In this document: piece by piece, positions 1-10,805 of the stretch
Numbering within the stretch: position 1 is the first letter of the stretch
How the letters are laid out: every line of letters begins with the position of its first letter
DNA from: Octopus bimaculoides
Lineage: Eukaryota
DNA: 64,000 nt
NCBI RefSeq assembly: GCF_001194135.2
Contig: NC_068984.1
Coordinates: forward strand, 82,228,893-82,292,892
Reading direction: 5' to 3'
Translations under genes and position numbers: made by a program
The notes under the pieces: generated by a model
What the model saw: the letters and a program-made list of their open reading frames with translations, nothing else
The model's database searches: none
Told to the model about the DNA's origin: nothing

Positions 1-339
1 TAACTTCTGGGGAGAAAATACCCTTGCATACTAAATGCACTAGAGGTTTGTATGCTTCCTTCGCTTTTTTAAGACGTTAGGGTGTGATTTGAAGAACTTG
101 ACTGCTCTTTTTAACTAATCGAGCGAGTCGTTCGTTTGTTATCGTCTCTAGATGTTACTGTTGTTTTAGCCCCAAGCAGACCTATCATTAAAGGCATGCT
201 AACTGCAACCAGCCTGTATTTTTAAGGTTTCCTACTATTACAGTTGCCAAATGTATCCGTTTTTGCATTTGAGGGAGATTAAGTTCCTATTTCTACTAGG
301 CCCAACGACCGCGTAGAGGTCTCCCCCATTCACTCATCG

Positions 340-1200
340 CCGTCGTCGTGGTGGTCTATAGTTGCTGCTGAAGACGCAGCGATGTTGTTCAAGGTACTCG
401 GATTTATAATTACTTTGTTGATGTTGTCAGTCGAAAATAGTACAAACACTTACAGTACGTCTGTAACTACATACTATATTTAGGGTGCATGTCTGGGTTG
501 GTTGGATGTATACCAGTAATATACTGTTATACATTCAAAATGTTATGAGCCTTCCTTTTAACAACGGGTCATGGTGGACCTTGATAAAAGAAAATCTTGT
601 TATGAAGTGTTGTCTTAATATTACAAATATCAACAGTTTTTCGTGATGTCAATGTTGTCGGTTGTTGATATGAATGTCGGTTTTGTTGTAAATATTGTCA
701 GTTTGATAAGAGATTTTAGTGTTGTTATCAGTTTCTCGTTGTTAGTTATTGTTAATATATTAACAGTTCTTGGCGGTGTTGTGACAGTGTTGATATGAAC
801 ATCAGTGTTGTTGATATCATTGTTATTGTTTCTGTTTAACCCTCGGTCAGCTGTGATCGCTCAAAAACATTCTTGTCATGTCTCTCCCATCTTTTTCTTA
901 TGTGCAGAGAATCCAGGACCAGATTATGCAACATTTTGTTTGTTTTTTTTTAAGATGTTACGGTGTGTTTCAAGTGGAGTTATTTGCTACTATTTCTCGT
1001 GTGTCGAGTAGCTCCATATAGGCTCCCTTGTGTTATTGTTGATGCCATTATCAGTAACATAGGTGTTAATAGGAATGTTAATGTTGTACTGTTCAGTATC
1101 GCTCTTGTTTTGGTTGATATCAAATGTCAGTGCTTATTATTGTGTTAACATCAGTGCCAGTGTTAATAGATAACTGTGTCAGTATTATTACTGCTATCAT
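340..1200. repeat. Degenerate GTT/GAT-rich low-complexity tract
   Basis: Recurrent gttgtt/gttgat triplets without a coherent ORF. Confidence 0.6.
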
Positions 1201-3780
1201 ATTTATGTTGTTTATCTCAAGGTCAGCCTTCATCGAATAAACCTATATTCAAAGATATTCCGTTTGTGACCATCCATTTTGTTTTCTGGGATAAAGCTTG
1301 TAAGACCAAATAATCTAATGTATCTTTCCTTTTTCAAGATAGGAGGATGTATTTTAAGGGAGATTTAACTACTATTTCTAGCATGTCGAGCGACTACACG
1401 GAGGCTCCCATGTTGGTTCGTTTAGATTTATATTAATACTGTTGGTGCTGATATAAACTGAAGTCAATAGATATTGATGTGGATATTTTGTGAAGATGAT
1501 GTGGGTATTACTACTAGTATTGATATATGTAAATTATGTAATAGTAGGAAGGTGAGCGAAGAGATTAAATGAGCGGCGATTTAAATTACTAAGTGCTTAG
1601 GTGTTCAACACCAGGTCGACCCGAATCCAACAGACCTGTGATCAAAACACTTCAACTGTGACCACCTCATCTGTTTTCTTATCTGAAGGGAAACTGGGTC
1701 CACATTATTAAACGTGTTCGATTTACGGGTAATTTGGCTGCTATTTTTAGCAAGTCGAGCAACCACATAAAGGCTCATGTACGAATAATGTAATAGGACG
1801 TAGGAGTAGCAGGGCACGACAGAGCGCCAGGTTAAATGGTTAACAGAGTTTTGTTTCGTCCGCCTTTTAGATCTAAGTTGAAATTTCGTCCGTTTGCTTT
1901 GCCTTTTATCTCTCCGGATTCGCTAAAATATAACATCAAATGTTAATCGCATCTGGAGTCGATATATTCGATTATATTCCTACCCCTAACAAATTTGCAG
2001 CCTCACAATGAGCACTAACTGCATTTCAAATGACAGGAGTAAATGCCTAGTCGCCAGTTAGTCATGTTTGAACACGTTCTTATAAAGCCCACACTTGTGT
2101 GTCAAGGAAACTTGTTGATATCGAATTATTGGATTTGTTTGTCTTTTACAGCAAAAGCAATAATAACTCCAAACAGGTTCAGCTTATTTATACATCTAAA
2201 TATATTCTCCTACATAGAAGATACAATGTTAAAACGCGCGCACACACAAGCGTATACGTATATTGGTTTCACACATACATTTGTACGTGTAAGCAGTGGC
2301 GGACTGTGTCTAAAAGTATTGGTTGCCAGGAGACTAAGGGGGTCCACCAGCAACTACAATGCTATTATTTACTTTTTTTTTCTTTTTTTTTTGTTAAAAG
2401 TATTCTTTTCAACTTTCTACAAACAGCCAGGCTGAAATAATGCATTCTTCCAGGAGTAAATAAAAAAATTCTCAAACTTGAGGGGATAGACCCCTTAGAT
2501 ACTAACATGGGCCTCCATATATGAATTCTAATGGCGCGGGGATCCACTTGCCATCGGGCAAGCTGGCAACCCGGCCTGTGAGTACGTGCAATTGTTATTA
2601 TTCGACAGAGCCAAATCGATTCTGATGAAATCTATGAGTATTCCTTTTGTCAGAGTGTATTCTAGGTGGACATATGATCAAATCTGCCCTTCATTTTTGT
2701 GAAAAATAAACAAACAAAAATGGTTAAGTGTGATCTGAAGGAGATTTTTAATTACTCGGACGACCACCGAAAGTTACCCTCGAAAGCTGATACCTGCGAT
2801 TCATTCATTCTAAATCATTATAGCACTCTGTTCTGTCCCCCCTCCCCCCTTCTCTCTCTCTATATATATATATACATGAGAGAGAGAGTGAGAAAGAGAA
2901 ATAGTTTGTAAACCACTAATCTATCCGTAACAACGGACTTGCTGACATAAAATGAATCTTCCGTGTATTAGCCCAAATTGTCGCTTATGAAGGGTTATAT
3001 TGCTTGAGTTTTCACTGGCTCCTCTACCTGAGTACCATTCAAATACCTAGGTTGATTTGGCTGCAGCACCACCAGCCTCCGAAAGAGAGAGAGAGAGTTT
3101 GGTATAAAGTACCAAATAATAACATAAAAACAGTTTCAATCTGCAACGTCCATAGAATACATAACACGCACGCACACACACACGCTTAACAGCGAGAATC
3201 CAAACAATAACGTATCTATTCATTTCTGATAACGTTCTGCTGATTCGAACGTGAATAATCTGATCGCTGTTATTTCACGCCATCGGAGAAAACCTCCTAC
3301 CTTTAGACGTTGTATGTTCATAACATGAGATTCACTGGTGTAAAGGAATTTCGAGACACCGTGGTGTTTTGATTTGACTTTGGAGTGTATCTCCTTAGCC
3401 GAAGCTGCCGCCGGACCGATCAATTTAACAAGAGCTAAGGCTCTTTTATAGGAATCTGCTAATAAATTATTTGCTAATGCGTGCTGATGTCAGCGTGCAT
3501 GTCATGAATTATTTTCTGTTTTGAAGGCACCAGAACGCATCAGCCAATAATTTGCTGATTCCTATAATAGTTCATGCTCGGTTTGGCGGGGTAGCTTCTG
3601 TTGGGAAGACACAACAATGTCGGAGCACATTTCGAATTTCTCTAACTTCGGTGAATCGTGTGTGTTATGAACACATCGTCTGAAGGTTCAGGTGTTCTCT
3701 GAAGACGAAAAACAACAACGATTAGCTATTCACGTTATTGTGCGTGTGTGTGCGTATGTATGTATGTATGTGTATATTTT

Positions 3781-4099
3781 TTACTTGTTTCATTAGATTG
3801 CGGCCATGTTGGGGCAGCGCCTTGGTGAATTTTAGTCGAATCAATCGACCCCAGTGCTTTTTTTAAAGCCTGGTACTTATTCTATCGGTTCTTTTGTCGA
3901 ATTGCCAAGTTACGGGGGCGTAAACACACCAACATAGGTTATCAATGTATATATGCATTTATACGACGGGCTTCTTTCATTTTCCGTCTACCAAATCCAC
4001 TCACAAGGATTTGGTTGGACCGAGGCTATAGTAGAAGACACTTGCCAACCGGGAACCATGTAGTTGGGAAGCAAGCTTCTTACTACACAGCCGCGCCTG
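3781..4099 (-). mobile_element. Same SINE family, with an internal deletion near the B-box
   Basis: Collinear with 5971-6328 (acgggcttctttca, accaaatccactcac, agaagacacttgcc). Confidence 0.8.
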
Positions 4100-5970
4100 A
4101 GATTTTAATAACTTTATTTAAATCAGTTAAGGGCAACCTTAGACCCGCGAGACCTCCTGAATGGCAACGCCTAGCGAAAAATTACCTTCAATTCTTTTAG
4201 TAGTGCGGCTTGTCTCATGATGAACCATGTCTCATGAAGCTCGCTTCACGAAAAAGGTCGCATATGCCTGGTGTAAATGCTGAATTTACATTTACCATCG
4301 ATCATAATGGTTTTTGACTTAGGCACAAGGTCAGCAATTCTGAGGAATATGGGTATAGTTGATACTATCAGCTCTATACTGGATTGATACTTTATTTTAA
4401 CGATTCTCAAAAGATGAAAGACAAAGTTGATCTTATAGGATTTGAACTCAAAATGTAACGTGTCGGAAAAACAGCACAAAAGATTTTTTTTTTTCCAAAT
4501 CACTTTAAAGATTCTACGAGCTCACCATTAGTTTCCCCATTACATTGGTTCACAGAATATAGAGTCCACCTCCGTACTGTAAATTCTCAGTTCATGATCG
4601 AGAAGAAAAGTTACTTCATATAATTCTTGAATGATACTAGACGCGTTTATTTTTACACTTCTAAAATATAAAATGGATCTGAAGTGATACTTTTCTTTCT
4701 TTCTTTTTCTTTTTTCTTTTTGAGAGAGAATCGCAGAGTTGTGAAATTGAAAGGGTATTTGAAAGAAAAGAGATTTAGAGGTTGTTAATATTATCGTTGA
4801 GGTGTGGGTGTGTGTGTGATCGTACATATGCTTATATGTGTATACATGAATATATACGTGTGTGTGTACATATATGTTCATATTTGTGTGTACATACGTA
4901 TATACATATATCTATGTATGTGTGTGGATGAGTGCAGAGAGAGAAACAGAGAGAGAGAGTTGCTCTGTTTATCCTTGTGTTATCGTTAGTGAGTTCTGTG
5001 ACACTAGAAATTATTCCTTCTGCATTTTTGTCATATCTTTCAGAAATTCAAATACTGATGTGTGGTTCCCATTTTGATGATGACCGATTTATGGAAGATA
5101 ACTTACTACCTACCTTACATGTATGTGTGTGTGTGTGTGTGTTTCTAGAGAGTGCGCTCGAACTCAGTTATGTGACGTTGATGATACTGAAGATATAAGA
5201 TGTTGAATAATAGCGGGCTACAATTTATTATTCATTGATGGAAATAAATTTCTGGATACCCTCCTACTACATAAATTTTGAAGGTCTTTTTCCCCTTCAT
5301 GAAAATTGTTTTTAAATTTGTCTTTTTTATCAAAACCTATCTAAATTGTTTGTCCACCAAAATTGTTTTCTCTCTCTCTCTCTCTCTCTTCTATTTTACT
5401 TCTCTCCTTTACAAGAAAAAAAAAACACTGCGCAGTCACCCACTATATCAGAAATAGTGGCTAAATTTCTCTCAGGTCACATCGTGCTATCTTAAATAAG
5501 CAAAGTACACATGACATAATACAGTGCTGTTTATCCTCTAAAAAAGATGCGATGATCAGGATTGGAAAACATTTTATCTGAGGCCTGCTTCACAGACCTG
5601 TCGTTGTTTACTCTCTCGCCAACTATTTTCATTACTTTCGTTGTCGACAAATCGTATGCGGTCATGCGTTACGATGAAGGTCTAGTGTAATTATAAATAT
5701 GTAACACAAAAACCAACGTAGCTTAGGTACTTTTACCAGCAAGGCCATGAATTGGTTCGCTATATAGTTGTCAACAAACCTCCTGTTTACCTGTCTGCTT
5801 TCTTTTCACGGATTAATCCATTTATGTGTGAATAAACAAACATAACCTACTTAACTCACATTGCGCGATTCTTCCCTTTTTCTCTTTAATCCGCTATCTC
5901 CGCCATCTCACTCTAAACGTATTGACATTTATTCATATTGTATATAGCGTATGTATGCGTGTGTGTATAT

Positions 5971-6328
5971 CTTTTATTTCTTTCAGTCATTTGACTGCGG
6001 TCATGCTGGGGCACCTCGAAGAATTTTAGTCCTACAAATCGACCCCAGGATTTATCTTTTAAAGCCTAGCACTTATTCTTTCATTGTCTTTTACCGTACC
6101 GCTAAATCATGTGGACGTAAACACACTAACACCGGTTGTTAAGCGGTGGTGGGGGACAAACATGGCCACAAACACACATACGGGCTTCTTTCAGTTTCCG
6201 CCTGCTAAATCCACTCAAGGCTTTGGTCGGCTTGATGCTATAATAGAAGACACTTGCCCAAGTTGCCACGCAGTGGAACTGAACCCGGAACCATGTGGTT
6301 GGGAAGCATGCTCCTTACCACACAGCTA
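5971..6328 (-). mobile_element. tRNA-derived SINE (octopus OK-like), near full length
   Basis: Reverse strand: A-box-like tagctgtgtgg (6328-6318), B-box-like ggttcagttcca (6285-6274), body, and tail ggtgccccagcatgaccgcagtcaaatgactgaaa. Confidence 0.8.
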
Positions 6329-6769
6329 CAAATAAACGTCTTTTTATAGTATATGTGTGTGTGTAATAGCGAACAATGAGAATGGGTGCTCAGCATTGCA
6401 TTTAGTGGATAAATATCTTTTATATATATATACTGGCGGACGTTCTGCTTTTATTTTTTTACAGAATCCCCCATTTTCGAGTACGGAGATTCTGATTCTG
6501 CAAAAAAAAAAACGGCATTTAAAAATTTTAACCACCCCCCTCCTCCACATTCTTCAATTTTCACTTTTTTCAGAATTTTGTTTTTGCGAAATACGTAGGA
6601 AAATACGGAGATTCGTGATTTTCTACGTATTTCGCAAAAAAATTAAAATTTCTGAAAAAAGTGAAAATTGAAGAATTGGGGGTGGAGGAGGTAAAATTTT
6701 TAAATGTTTTTTTTTTTTTTTTTGTACACATGTATACACACATATACATACATATTTTTTACTTTCATT

Positions 6770-7345
6770 GTTTTCAACTACAGGCTGTAGTCATGCTGGG
6801 GTACCACCTTTAAAGTGATTGTTTTTTTGTTTTTCACACTCACTTTTTCTCTCTCTACAACTGTTTCTCGTGAAGTAACGAGTTGGACAGAGCTGCTATT
6901 TTTTGTTTGTGTTTCATGCCGTGATGTGGGTTCACTTTGTACTTCAGATAAAAATTTGGCCAAATTTTCTTTGAACACATCAGCATGTACACCTCACAGA
7001 TCTCTTTGCCTCTTGAAGTTAATCTGTTACAGTACTGGGTTGTTACTCTTGATGGAGAGGACAGAATCTTTGGTATTATGCAACGGCGTCCTGTTAGATA
7101 GTTGATATAGCTTTCAATCCCAAAGTTAGGTGCTAGACCTTCGAGTATCTTCCATATATATATATATATATATAACTACATATCTCATGCATCTTCTCTC
7201 TTGGGTGCAGAGCTTCAGTCCTTTTAGTCTCTCTCAATAGCTCATCTGTTGCACCTAGTCAGTCTTTTTTGTGTAGTGATATTAAATTGCCTCAAGTTCT
7301 GCTCTTAGTTTGATGCTTTGTGGTGACTGCCACTGGGAACAGTAA
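6770..7345 (-). mobile_element. Degenerate CR1-clade LINE 3' fragment, same family as 10806-11920
   Basis: Reverse strand reads LDYCSQWQSPQSIKLRAELEAI...ERLKGLKL...IWKILEGLAPNFGIESY; family tail at about 6770-6812. Confidence 0.8.
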
Positions 7346-7352
7346 TCTAGAT

Positions 7353-7560
7353 CAGTGCTTCTCAAACTATCTGATGTGGCGTACCAGCAGTTCCCCCCCC
7401 CCCAATGTGCATGGGACTGGTAATATTTCTTAGTAATATTAATTTATACCGGAAACAATATATATAAATAAAAGTTGATATTTTTTTATCTTATATTTAT
7501 ATTGTAAATAAATAATACTATATTACATAAGCATCTTATAAGTACTCTTTCACAAATACT
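7353..7560. mobile_element. hAT (Charlie-like) MITE, left end only
   Basis: cagtgcttctcaaact terminus preceded by atctagat (matches the NTCTAGAN target consensus); no right TIR found; right boundary approximate. Confidence 0.55.
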
Positions 7561-7811
7561 ATTCAGACACAGACAGTGTATTGTTAGCCAGCTGGAGGAG
7601 ATGTCTTCCTAGGGCTATAAACAACAGTAGCATTGTCCCCTATGAGCCTGCGTCATTTAGGTGGCAAATATGCTTCACAATTCCATGCTGCTACTGTTTA
7701 CTTCTCGCTCAGAGATTTATTATTGCTTGTTTCTCCTTTTTCGAGATCAGTGACAGTTTGTCACTGGAAAAGGCATATAGTACTTTGCGTTTGGAATGAG
7801 TTGTCATCGCT

Positions 7812-9211
7812 AGCTGGTGATTGTCACTCATGGGTGTTGGTATTGATTTCTTCGATGCGAGTTTGAATCGTTACACACTGATAGTGTGTTTGTTGTAGGT
7901 CTCCCCGCGTGGGTAAACCAAGATTCATTGAATTGTTTAAATTGTTGAATTTTAGTTACTGTTTTGTTTGCACCTGTGTATTCCCCGTCTACAGGAGAAG
8001 TGGAGAGGGGAGAGATGGAGAATAGACAAAGTTATGCAGCAGCAACGACCCAAGGAATAAATGCCAACACTCTGGAAGTACAGGAAATAGAAATTGACAC
8101 AAGAAAGGGGAAGGAAGGAAGCAAATTTGTAAAAAAGAAGGGAGCCAGTCTAAAGCTAACTCCCTCAGAACTGATGAACTGCATTGCAAAGAGGACGGTA
8201 GTATACAGAAGGTTGTCTACATCAGGGGTTTTCAAACTTTTTGACTTGCAGACCCCTTTATATTTCAGGCTTTACCTTAGGGACCCCCTTATAAACGCTT
8301 ATGAAATTTATACATAAATATTTGCTTAAAATAACATATATAAAATCAAATTGCCCATAAAAAGTATTTGCTGTCCATGGACCCCCTGTCTTGTCTTTGC
8401 GGACCACAGTTTGAAAACCCCTGGTCTACATCCTCGAACAAGATAGAGTTCGCCCCAACAGAAGAAATAGAGGAATGCCTCGAAAAGGTTAAAAAATTGA
8501 CCACATTCTANNNNNNNNNNNNNNNNNNNNNNNNNNNNNNNNNNNNNNNNNNNNNNNNNNNNNNNNNNNNNNNNNNNNNNNNNNNNNNNNNNNNNNNNNN
8601 NNNNNNNNNNNNNNNNNNNNNNNNNNNNNNNNNNNNNNNNNNNNNNNNNNNNNNNNNNNNNNNNNNNNNNNNNNATAACACATGATATGAAGGATGGAGC
8701 GGAGATCCTCAAGATAACAAGGACCCAAAAAGTCAATTGGTGGGGGATATGGCCTCGAAGTGACCATGCAGTTGTCTTTGGAGGACTTTGGAGATTCGAG
8801 AAATTGCGAGAGATGTTCGGAAGTTACATGGACCTGCTGAGGGTTGAAGTCGAGTTTGACGAGCTCCCAACAGTCGTGGAATTAGAATATTTGAAACCCT
8901 TTATGAACATTTAAAAGCAAGTGAGTAAAATTTGTTTCTTAAAAAAGAAAAAAAAAAAGGAAAATAGACTGTTGAAGGGTTTAAAGGAAAAAGAAAGGGA
9001 ATGATCCAAAGAAGAAAGAAGGAAAGGACTGTAGGAATGTTTCGTTGTAAAAGGGAAATCACGGTTTCGTCTCGGAGCGGGATCATCAAAGTTGTCTCAT
9101 ATTCATTGTAATTTAATTCATTTTAAATTCATTCTTTCATGTGTTTTTTATTCCTGCATGTCTGTGTATGTCCCGTCTGTGTTCAGGCCTTGTGCCTATA
9201 ATAAAGAAACA
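7812..9211 (+). mobile_element. Copy 1 of the same element (diverged, interrupted by a MITE and an N gap)
   Basis: Same 5' head (agctggtgattgtcactcatgggtgttgg), homologous MENRQSYAAATTQGIN... frame, same RFEKLREMFG...VEFDELP module, same 3' UTR and aataaa near 9200. Confidence 0.6.
8223..8423. mobile_element. hAT (Charlie-like) MITE, complete
   Basis: 16-bp perfect TIRs caggggttttcaaact (8223-8238) and agtttgaaaacccctg (8408-8423); 8-bp TSD gtctacat at 8215-8222 and 8424-8431. Confidence 0.93.
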
Positions 9212-10709
9212 AGCTGGTGATTGTCACTCATGGGTGTTGGTATTGATTTCTTCGATGTGAGTTTGAATCGTTGCACACTGATATTGTATGTTTGTTGTAG
9301 GTCTCCCCACGCGGGTGAACCAAGATTCGTTGAGTTGTTTAAATTGTTGAATTTTAGTCACTGTTTTGTTTGCACCTGTGTATTCCCCGTCTACGGGAGA
9401 AGTGGAGAGGAGAGGAGAGATGGAGAATGGACAAAGTTGCGCAGTGGCGGCGATCCAAGGAATAGATGCTGGCACCCTGGAAGTACAGGAAGTGGAAATT
9501 GACACAAGAAGGTGGAGGGAGGGAGGCAAATTCATAAAAAAGAAGGGAGCCAGTCTAAAGCTGACTCCCCAGAAGAACTGATGAACAGCATAGCGAGGAG
9601 GACGGTAGTATACAGAACGTTGTCTGCGTCCTCGAACAAGATAGAGTTCGCCCCAGCAGAGGAAATGGAGGAGTGCCTCGAAAAAGTTGAAAAATTGACC
9701 ACATTCTGTACACATGAAGGAGGGTATGGCACAATAGAAGTGAGGTTTGGCAATGAAGAAGATGCCATAAACCACTCAACGGAGAATGAAAATGAAGAGG
9801 AGAAGAAAAGTGAAGGAAACAATACCAAAGAAGTAGTCCCAATAAAAGAGACAGACAGAACGGAGGAATCCTTCACATTAGTAAACATGAGGAAGAAAAA
9901 GGAACGGGTTAACTCTCCTCCAGACAGTCAAAACAGGCTAAAAGAGATTGTGACGGAAGAAAAGAGAAATAGGTGTGAAGCACCAACAGAAGTAGTAGTG
10001 AAAGAATGCACACAGAAAAAAACAACATTACAACAGGTAGAAAGAGGAAGCGTTTATAATATTGGTTATGATGTTTCTGCACACCCGGACAGATCAGAAC
10101 GGGAGCCGAAGCAAGCAGAAGTGAAAAGGAAGAGATATAAGTGGCATTTGGTCACGTATACCAAAAGTACAGAAATAGAGAAAAAGATTGTAAAATATAA
10201 ATCGGTAATAAGAGTAAAGCTACTGCCAGGAAAAAACCCAGAAAACACTAAAAGAATAGTCAAAGACAGAGATAGATTTGAGAAATTGAGAGAGATGTTT
10301 GGAAGTTGCATGGACCCACTAGGGGTTGCAGTCGAGTTCGATGAGCTCCCACTGGTCGTGGAATAAGAAGATTTGAGACCCTTTATGAACATTTAAAAGC
10401 AAGTAAGTAAAATTTGTGTTTCATAAAAAAAAAAAAGGAAAATAGACTATTGAAAAGTTTAAAGAAAAAAGAAAAAGAACGATCCAAAAAAAAAAAGCCT
10501 AAGAAAAAGAATGAGCTAAAAAAGAAAAAAAACAGAAAAGACTAAGAACGTTTAATTGTAAAAAAGAAATCATAGTTTCATCTCAGAGTGGGACCGAGAA
10601 AACTGTTTCATATTCATTGTAATTTAATTCATTGTAATTCATTCTTTCATATGTTTTTGTTCCCGCATGTCTGTGTATGTCCCCTCTGTGTACCTATAAT
10701 AAAGAGAAA
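9212..10709 (+). mobile_element. Non-autonomous Tx1/L1-like retroelement, copy 2: ORF1-like reading frame fused to a short terminal module, with AATAAA at the 3' end
   Basis: Frame from ATG near 9420 (MENGQSCAVAAIQG..., one frameshift near 9570) into the 9512-10366 ORF, with an RRM-like GYGTIEVRFGNEEDA segment; purine-rich 3' UTR; aataaa near 10698. The clade call is from resemblance only. Confidence 0.55.
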
Positions 10710-10805
10710 AGCTGGTGATAATCACACACTGATGTTGGGTTACTACCCAGAAACCCAGGTCTGTGTGTATTGCATAAGGCTAGAAATGGGAACGATGATT
10801 TCCCT

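Noticed and set aside
6274-6328. A-box/B-box resembling a tRNA gene
   Set aside because: It is the tRNA-derived head of a multi-copy SINE; no cloverleaf.
8165-9600. ctgatga motifs in both tandem units as possible ribozyme cores
   Set aside because: They are coding sequence (E-L-M-N) with no stem II/GAAA.
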